From: an uncultured Fimbriimonas sp.
GTDB lineage: Bacteria; Armatimonadota; Fimbriimonadia; Fimbriimonadales; Fimbriimonadaceae
DNA: 64,000 nucleotides
Assembly (NCBI GenBank): GCA_964566635.1
Contig: CAZMJL010000003.1
Span: forward strand, 88,570-152,569
Direction of reading: 5' to 3'
Shown here: positions 58,720-64,000 of the stretch, piece by piece
Position numbering within the stretch: position 1 is the first letter of the stretch
Layout of the letters: each line of letters starts with the position of its first letter
Notes under the pieces: model-generated
The model's database searches: none
The model's input: only the letters and a program-made list of their open reading frames with translations
What the model was told of the DNA's origin: nothing
Position numbers and translations under genes: made by a program

Positions 58720-59301
58720 TTAAGGAGCTCTTTCCAAGACCTTGTCGATCAGACCGTATTCCACGGCTGCCTGACTCGACATAAAGTAGTCTCGGTCACA
58801 ATCCTTCCGCACCTCTTCCTCAGATTTACCAGTATGGTGACTAAGAATTCCCATAAGGGAGTCCATCATCCGGTTGATTTCCGCTGCTTGGACGTTGATG
58901 TCAGCCGCAGTGCCTCGGAATCCAGCCGAAACCTGGTGGATCATGATGCGTGAATGCTTAAGAGCAAATCGCTTGCCAGCCGCGCCACCGGAGAGCAAAA
59001 CTGCGCCCATTGAAGCTGCAGATCCCACACAAATGGTCGCGACGTCGCACTTGATGTGCTGCATACAGTCGTAGATGGCGAGACCCGCAGTGACCGATCC
59101 GCCGGGCGAGTTGATGTAGAAATCGATGTCCTTATCCGGATCCTCCTTTTCGAGGAAGAGGAGCTGGGCGACCAAAAGGTTGGCGATATAGTCGTCAACT
59201 TCGGTTCCAAGGAAGATTATGCGGTCTTTGAGGAGCCTGGACCAGATGTCGTAGCTTCTTTCTCCGCGAGCGGTTTGTTCGATGACGTAAGGGATTCCCA
59301 T
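58720..59301 (-). CDS. clpP: ATP-dependent Clp protease proteolytic subunit
   Basis: [31 protein letters not shown] (Ser), MIHQ (His), DRD; likely ATG at 59301. Confidence 0.97.
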   Translation of the reverse strand: MGIPYVIEQTARGERSYDIWSRLLKDRIIFLGTEVDDYIANLLVAQLLFLEKEDPDKDIDFYINSPGGSVTAGLAIYDCMQHIKCDVATICVGSAASMGAVLLSGGAAGKRFALKHSRIMIHQVSAGFRGTAADINVQAAEINRMMDSLMGILSHHTGKSEEEVRKDCDRDYFMSSQAAVEYGLIDKVLERAP

Positions 59302-59411
59302 CGTATTTCCTTGTACTCCATTGTGGCGGGTTTGCGTTCGCTGGCTAGGGTGGATGGGATGAAACAGGGGCAAAACACAGATATTCGAGCGATCTAACTT
59401 ATAATGGTTTC

Positions 59412-59582
59412 ATGCATCTGAACGAAAAGGGCGAAGTTGTGTTGAGTCCTGAGCAAGTCAAGATGGTCGAAGAAGGACTCGCAGAGCTCGATCGTGGAGA
59501 ATTCGTTACCTGGGATCAGGCGCGCGAGTACGCACGAAGGCGAATTGGTGAGTGGCTTCCCGAAGCCGAAAAGTCGGCATGA
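59412..59582 (+). CDS. Putative short ParD-like antitoxin (56 aa)
   Basis: MHLNEKGEVVLSPEQVKMVEEGLAELDRGEFVTWDQAREYARRRIGEWLPEAEKSA; EGLAELDRG motif; ATGA overlap with the toxin. Confidence 0.65.
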   Translation: MHLNEKGEVVLSPEQVKMVEEGLAELDRGEFVTWDQAREYARRRIGEWLPEAEKSA

Positions 59583-59890
59583 GGAGGCTCAGCCCTTCGG
59601 CTCAAGCGGATTTGGCCCTGATTCAAGATCATACGGCGAGAATATGGGGACTTTCTCAATCAGAGAAGTACGTCGATATGATTGACGACGAGTTGAAGTT
59701 CTTGGAATCGAATCCGACGTTTGGTCAGAGCTTCGCCGATCAGCCGGAGTTGCGGGTTCACTTCGTGAAGTGGCGAAATGCAAAGTTTGGTCACAACATA
59801 ATTTTTCGCCGACGTGGCGATGATTTGGAGATTGTCAGGATCCTCCACTCGGCAATGGATGTGGCCAGCCATTTGCGGGTCGAGGGATAG
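59579..59890 (+). CDS. RelE/ParE family toxin
   Basis: LSPSAQADL..I...T...WG..Q..KY, HNIIFR, EIVRILHSAMD. Confidence 0.85.
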   Translation: MRRLSPSAQADLALIQDHTARIWGLSQSEKYVDMIDDELKFLESNPTFGQSFADQPELRVHFVKWRNAKFGHNIIFRRRGDDLEIVRILHSAMDVASHLRVEG

Positions 59891-59948
59891 GCGTCCGGTA
59901 AACTCTTAGCTCGCATCGTCACAAAAGTGGCTTTGCCGTGTGTCCACC

Positions 59949-61040
59949 ATGCTCAGAGCCGGAAATGTAGGGTTGCCAAACGTCGGAAAGTCGACGCTCT
60001 TTAACGCCGTTGTTGCGAACAGCAAAGCCCAAGCCGCGAACTTCCCGTTCTGTACGATTGAGCCGAACGTCGGACTCGTCAACGTGCCCGACGAGCGTCT
60101 CGAAGTTCTCGCAAAGCTCGCTGGATCAGAGAATATTCTTCCGGCTCGCCTTGAGATTGTTGATATCGCGGGACTCGTCAAGGGCGCGTCTCAGGGAGAA
60201 GGGCTTGGGAACCAATTCCTCGCCAATATCCGAGAAGTCGACGCGATTATCCACGTGGTCCGGTGCTTCGAAAACGATGACATCATCCACGTTGCGGGTT
60301 CGGTCGACCCGGTTCGAGATATTGAGATCATTAACATGGAGCTGATCCTGGCTGACATGGCCCAGGTCGAGCGGCGAATCGAGCGAGCGCGAAAGGATGC
60401 CCGGACCAAGAAGGAAGCTCAAGTCGAAGTCGATGCGCTCGAAAAGATTCTGCCGGTTTTGCAGGACGGACAACCCGCGCGCAGCGTGAAGCTGACCGAA
60501 GATGAGGCGGCGTCGATTAAGGCACTTGGACTTCTCTCAGGCAAGCCGATTATCTATGCGGCCAACGTGAGCGAGGATGACCTTGCCACCGGAAACGCCT
60601 GGGTCGAGAGCGTGCGCAAGATCGCGGCGGCGGAAGGCGCGAAGGTGATCGTGATTTCGGCGCAGGTCGAGTCCGAACTCATCGAACTGCCCGAGGAAGA
60701 TCGGCAAGAGTTTTTGGAGTCCCTGGGCGTGAAAGAGGGCGGTCTGCAGAGCCTGATTCGCACGACTTACGACCTTTTGGGCTTGCAGACCTACTTCACT
60801 TGTGGCCCGAAGGAGACGCGGGCGTGGACGATCAAGAAGGGAATGACCGCTCCGGAAGCCGCCGGCGTCATTCACTCGGACTTTGAGCGCGGGTTCATCC
60901 GCGCCGAGACGATTTCTTTTGCGGATATGGTTGAATGCGGTTCGAAGTCGGCGGCGCGGGATAAGGGCGTGCTCCGCGCGGAAGGGAAGGCATACGTCGT
61001 TCAGGAAGGCGACGTCATGGAGTTCTTGTTTAACGTCTAA
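59949..61040 (+). CDS. ychF: Redox-regulated ATPase YchF
   Basis: [48 protein letters not shown]. Confidence 0.97.
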   Translation: MLRAGNVGLPNVGKSTLFNAVVANSKAQAANFPFCTIEPNVGLVNVPDERLEVLAKLAGSENILPARLEIVDIAGLVKGASQGEGLGNQFLANIREVDAIIHVVRCFENDDIIHVAGSVDPVRDIEIINMELILADMAQVERRIERARKDARTKKEAQVEVDALEKILPVLQDGQPARSVKLTEDEAASIKALGLLSGKPIIYAANVSEDDLATGNAWVESVRKIAAAEGAKVIVISAQVESELIELPEEDRQEFLESLGVKEGGLQSLIRTTYDLLGLQTYFTCGPKETRAWTIKKGMTAPEAAGVIHSDFERGFIRAETISFADMVECGSKSAARDKGVLRAEGKAYVVQEGDVMEFLFNV

Positions 61041-61064
61041 ATTCTGAAATTTCAGAGTCCGTAG

Positions 61065-61102
61065 AAAAAGAAGGGGTGATCATCGATCACCCCGTTTTGC
61101 TT
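61065..61102. terminator. Bidirectional intrinsic terminator
   Basis: AAAAAGAA-GGGGTGAT-CATCG-ATCACCCC-GTTTT between convergent genes. Confidence 0.75.
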
Positions 61103-61148
61103 CAGAACCGTTTACTGCTCGCCGCTCATAGCTCGCAGTTCACAGAAT

Positions 61149-61841
61149 TTACGCTTGATCAGCAACAAACGGCTTGGTTCCGCCGAGTGCCTTCAGCTTT
61201 GCGGCTTGATCGGCTTTGAGGATCTTGCCGAGCTCGGCCTTCATGATGTCGGTGTTCTTGGTCATCTTGTCCCGAAGCTCTTCTTGAGTGATCTCTTGAT
61301 CGCGCATCTTTTGGAAGAGGGCCTGGTTGGCTTCTTGCTGCTTCGTTTGGAGATCCTTGATGGAAGCAATTTGCTTGTCGTCAAGGCCGAGTAGCTTCTG
61401 AGTATCGGCTTGGGGGATTGCCATGTTGCCTTGGAGTTGGTAGGCGATTTCGCTCAGCCTTGTGACCTGCTCAGGCGAGAGGATTGCGGCGATGGCTGCT
61501 TTCTGCTCTTCGGCGCGCTTTCGAGCGGCCTCTTGCATGGCTGCGCGCTGTTCGTCGGTCATCTGTCCGCGCTGACCGCCGCCACCCTGGCCCTGACCAC
61601 CGCCGCCTTGACCGCGCTGGGGTTGAAGAGCTTCGATCTTGGTGATCTGCTCTTCTTTAAGGTCGAGGTCTTTTCGAACGTCGCCGCGCATCAGGAGGCT
61701 AAGGGGAGTCATCCCGCCGCCTCGGCCTTGACCGAAGCCGCCGCGACCTTGACCGCGACCTTGTCCGCCTCCTCCTTGGGCTAAGGCGAGGGCGGTAACC
61801 GCAACAAAGGAAACGACGAGAAGATTACGAGCAATTTTCAT
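61149..61841 (-). CDS. Secreted Gly/Gln-rich helical protein (Spy/CpxP-like)
   Basis: Signal peptide; GGGQGRG low-complexity tracts; duplicated L.L...QI..I motif. Confidence 0.7.
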   Translation of the reverse strand: MKIARNLLVVSFVAVTALALAQGGGGQGRGQGRGGFGQGRGGGMTPLSLLMRGDVRKDLDLKEEQITKIEALQPQRGQGGGGQGQGGGGQRGQMTDEQRAAMQEAARKRAEEQKAAIAAILSPEQVTRLSEIAYQLQGNMAIPQADTQKLLGLDDKQIASIKDLQTKQQEANQALFQKMRDQEITQEELRDKMTKNTDIMKAELGKILKADQAAKLKALGGTKPFVADQA

Positions 61842-61942
61842 TTCAAAAACTCCGCTATTCCGCCGAAACGCAAGTTCAATCACAGTGTTCAGTGAAAAAA
61901 GGTTAGAGTTTTCTCACCTTTCAGCCAACTCGGCCGATCATC

Positions 61943-62467
61943 TCACCAGCGGAAGTGCCCGTGGATTTTCCATGAATTGAGACAATCTTCCTCTTTGGGC
62001 GTGCTGAGGTTGTGAATCACCAAGTAACTTCCGGAGGCACCTCGGCGGTCGGTGACAAGGCCGACATGGTTGAGGCCGCTCGGCAGTTTCCACCAAACTA
62101 CGTCACCCGGCTTCCAATCGGAAACGATGGATAGGGACTTCCCGTGCCGCCGGAAGAATGCCACCTGGTTCGGGACGCGGCGATGATCGATGTTGGGATC
62201 GAGCTTGCCAGCCGGATACGCGCCCGGATGCGCTTTCTTATCGCGGTGAATCAGAACCTGAAGGTCTTTGCCGATGGCTCGGTACGCGCGAATAATCACA
62301 TCCGTGCAGACTCCCTTGGTTCGCGGGACGTCGCCCCCTGGATACTTTAGGCGCACGTAGGTGGGGTCATAGGTCGTGCCCCAAGTCAGCTGATCTCGGG
62401 CGGCGGAAACCAGCGGGTTCGTCGGGGCAACGAGGAGGACCAGAACCATAGTTAGGAGGGAAAACAA
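61943..62467 (-). CDS. DUF1287 family protein
   Basis: YDPTYVRLKYPGGDVP..GVCTDVIIRA, D.NIDHRRVPN, PGDVVWW, HVG. Confidence 0.9.
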   Translation of the reverse strand: MFSLLTMVLVLLVAPTNPLVSAARDQLTWGTTYDPTYVRLKYPGGDVPRTKGVCTDVIIRAYRAIGKDLQVLIHRDKKAHPGAYPAGKLDPNIDHRRVPNQVAFFRRHGKSLSIVSDWKPGDVVWWKLPSGLNHVGLVTDRRGASGSYLVIHNLSTPKEEDCLNSWKIHGHFRW

Positions 62468-62494
62468 GGTCTTTGCGCCAAGCAGTTCCGTAAA

Positions 62495-62866
62495 ATGAGC
62501 AAAGTGAACTGGTTACTCGTGGGCGGTGGGGCATTTGTCGGCGGGGTGAGCCGCTACGCGGTTTCGCTTTGGCTGGCAACCAAGCCTTTCCCGTTGGCCA
62601 CGCTGGTGGTGAATCTCGCCGGAAGCCTGCTTTTGGGGATTCTAGCGGCGTTTTTCGCTAAAGATCACCCGGCGAGGCTGTTGCTTGGTGTCGGAGTGCT
62701 TGGCGGGTTCACTACGTTCTCCTCGTTTTCGCTTGATCTGCTCCAGCAGATTCAGAAAGGTGAGGTCAGTTCGGCGCTCGTAAATGGGCTGGTTCAGGTG
62801 GTTGGTGGGCTGCTGTTATGCTTTGTCGGCTTCTGGCTGGGCTCACGGATTCAGAACGGTGGATAA
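62495..62866 (+). CDS. crcB: Fluoride efflux channel Fluc/CrcB
   Basis: GG..G...RY, FPLATLVVNLAGS, G.LGGFTTFSSFS. Confidence 0.93.
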   Translation: MSKVNWLLVGGGAFVGGVSRYAVSLWLATKPFPLATLVVNLAGSLLLGILAAFFAKDHPARLLLGVGVLGGFTTFSSFSLDLLQQIQKGEVSSALVNGLVQVVGGLLLCFVGFWLGSRIQNGG

Positions 62867-62978
62867 AAAAAGCGTTAGAAATGCCAAACCGTCGTCGAAA
62901 CACCTAGGCGAATCTTGGTGACTTGGGTTAGAATTGCAGGGTCACTCTGGGAGAGAGTGTCTGCTTGAGAGTTCACAT

Positions 62979-64000
62979 ATGGCTGCGCAACGCGTTCCGA
63001 TGATCCAATGGCTGGTTCAGAAGGGTTTCCTTACCCCTGACCAGGCGACCGAGGCTGGCAAGGTCGCGCAACAGACGAAGGCGTCGATTGATAAGGTGAT
63101 CGTGCAACTTGGCTATGCCGGAGAGCGTGAAGTTCTTCAGGCCAAAGCGCAAGAGATGGGGCTTGGTTTTGCCGATCTCGACCGAATTACGATTGAATCG
63201 AGCGCTCTCAACGTTGTTCCCGAGCGCATTGTGAAGAATCACAATGCGATTCCCGTCCGCAAAGACGGACAAACGCTTTATGTCGCGATGAAGGATGCGT
63301 CGAACATCGCGGCCATCGATGACCTGCGACTCGCTTCGGGATGCCGGGTTGTGCCGGTTCTTGCGGTTGCAGGCGCAATTGAGGATTCAATCCGCAAGTA
63401 TTACGCGGCGAGCAACGCGGTTGAAAAAGCGGCCGATAACACGCCGGCTGCTGCTCAAGCGGCTCAGTCGAACAACAACTTCGCGCGGATCATGGCGGAA
63501 GCCGGCGTCAAGCAAGGCTCCGACTTCGAAGAGATTGGCAACCGCGAGGAAGAAGCGGCTGCCGATGCGGCACCGATCATCAAACTCGCGAGTGCGGTCA
63601 TCCAGCAGGCTATCACTGACCGGGCGTCGGACATCCACATCGAGCCGGGGTCGAAGGCGATCCGAGTTCGGTACCGAATTGACGGCGTTCTTATGGAGGC
63701 AATGACGGTTCCTAAGAACCTGATGGCTCCGCTTATTAGCCGCTACAAGATCATGGCGGACATGAACATCGCCGAGCGACGAATCCCGCAGGACGGTCGT
63801 ATCGAGGTTCGCCACGGTCAGAAAGAAATCGACCTTCGTGTTAGCTCGATCCCGACGCCCTTCGGCGAAAAGATCGTTATGCGTATTCTTGATAAGACCA
63901 GCGTCTTGCTTGGTCTTGACAAGATCGGCTTCACCGAAGAAAACCAGCTGAAGATCGAAGAGTTGGTCAGTCAGCCGAACGGAATGTTCCTCTGTACGGG
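62979..64000 (+). CDS. pilB: Type II/IV secretion ATPase PilB/GspE (3' truncated by window edge)
   Basis: Manual translation from ATG 62979: MshEN-like N-terminus, ASDIHIEP, RYRIDGVL, KIMADMNIAERRIPQDGRI, GEKIVMRIL. Confidence 0.9.
   Translation, partial: MAAQRVPMIQWLVQKGFLTPDQATEAGKVAQQTKASIDKVIVQLGYAGEREVLQAKAQEMGLGFADLDRITIESSALNVVPERIVKNHNAIPVRKDGQTLYVAMKDASNIAAIDDLRLASGCRVVPVLAVAGAIEDSIRKYYAASNAVEKAADNTPAAAQAAQSNNNFARIMAEAGVKQGSDFEEIGNREEEAAADAAPIIKLASAVIQQAITDRASDIHIEPGSKAIRVRYRIDGVLMEAMTVPKNLMAPLISRYKIMADMNIAERRIPQDGRIEVRHGQKEIDLRVSSIPTPFGEKIVMRILDKTSVLLGLDKIGFTEENQLKIEELVSQPNGMFLCT

Noticed and set aside
61590-61780. GCCGCC/TGACC low-complexity repeats
   Set aside because: Explained by the GGGQG peptide tracts of the secreted protein.
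62440-62495. Fluoride riboswitch upstream of crcB
   Set aside because: Only 27 bp separate crcB from the divergent gene and no GGCGATGG..CGCC consensus is present.
62867-62978. c-di-GMP riboswitch upstream of pilB
   Set aside because: A weak GCCAAACC..GAAA similarity only; the conserved GACGCAAAGC and P2 elements are absent.

Overview
A GC-rich, gene-dense bacterial chromosome segment. Gene content (UBact locus, pilin-like AILFPVF protein, DUF1501/PSD1 pair, archaeal-type ProRS) suggests Armatimonadota (Fimbriimonadaceae-like); this is inference. Housekeeping genes include plsX-fabH, hisD, gltX, proS, pyrG, clpP-clpX, ychF and a partial pilB/gspE. Three tRNAs are present: Thr-GGT, Pro-CGG and Gln-CTG. 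The standout is a translationally coupled Dop-UBact-proteasome beta operon (12241-14599). This ubiquitin-like tagging system is described bioinformatically but, to my knowledge, has not been reconstituted biochemically. Here it is fused to an upstream lipoprotein gene and lacks the ATPase, alpha subunit and ligase usually found nearby. Non-coding findings include an inverted pair of ~70-bp bipartite elements with an exactly 20-nt variable core flanking the tRNA region, 10-bp-periodic GTTGGG repeats, a pyrG leader with possible CTP-sensing architecture, and REP-like hairpins. Features missed by the ORF track include two coupled tiny membrane ORFs and a minimal ParD-like antitoxin. No CRISPR array, integrase or transposase was seen. 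All protein family calls come from motif recognition by eye, not database searches.
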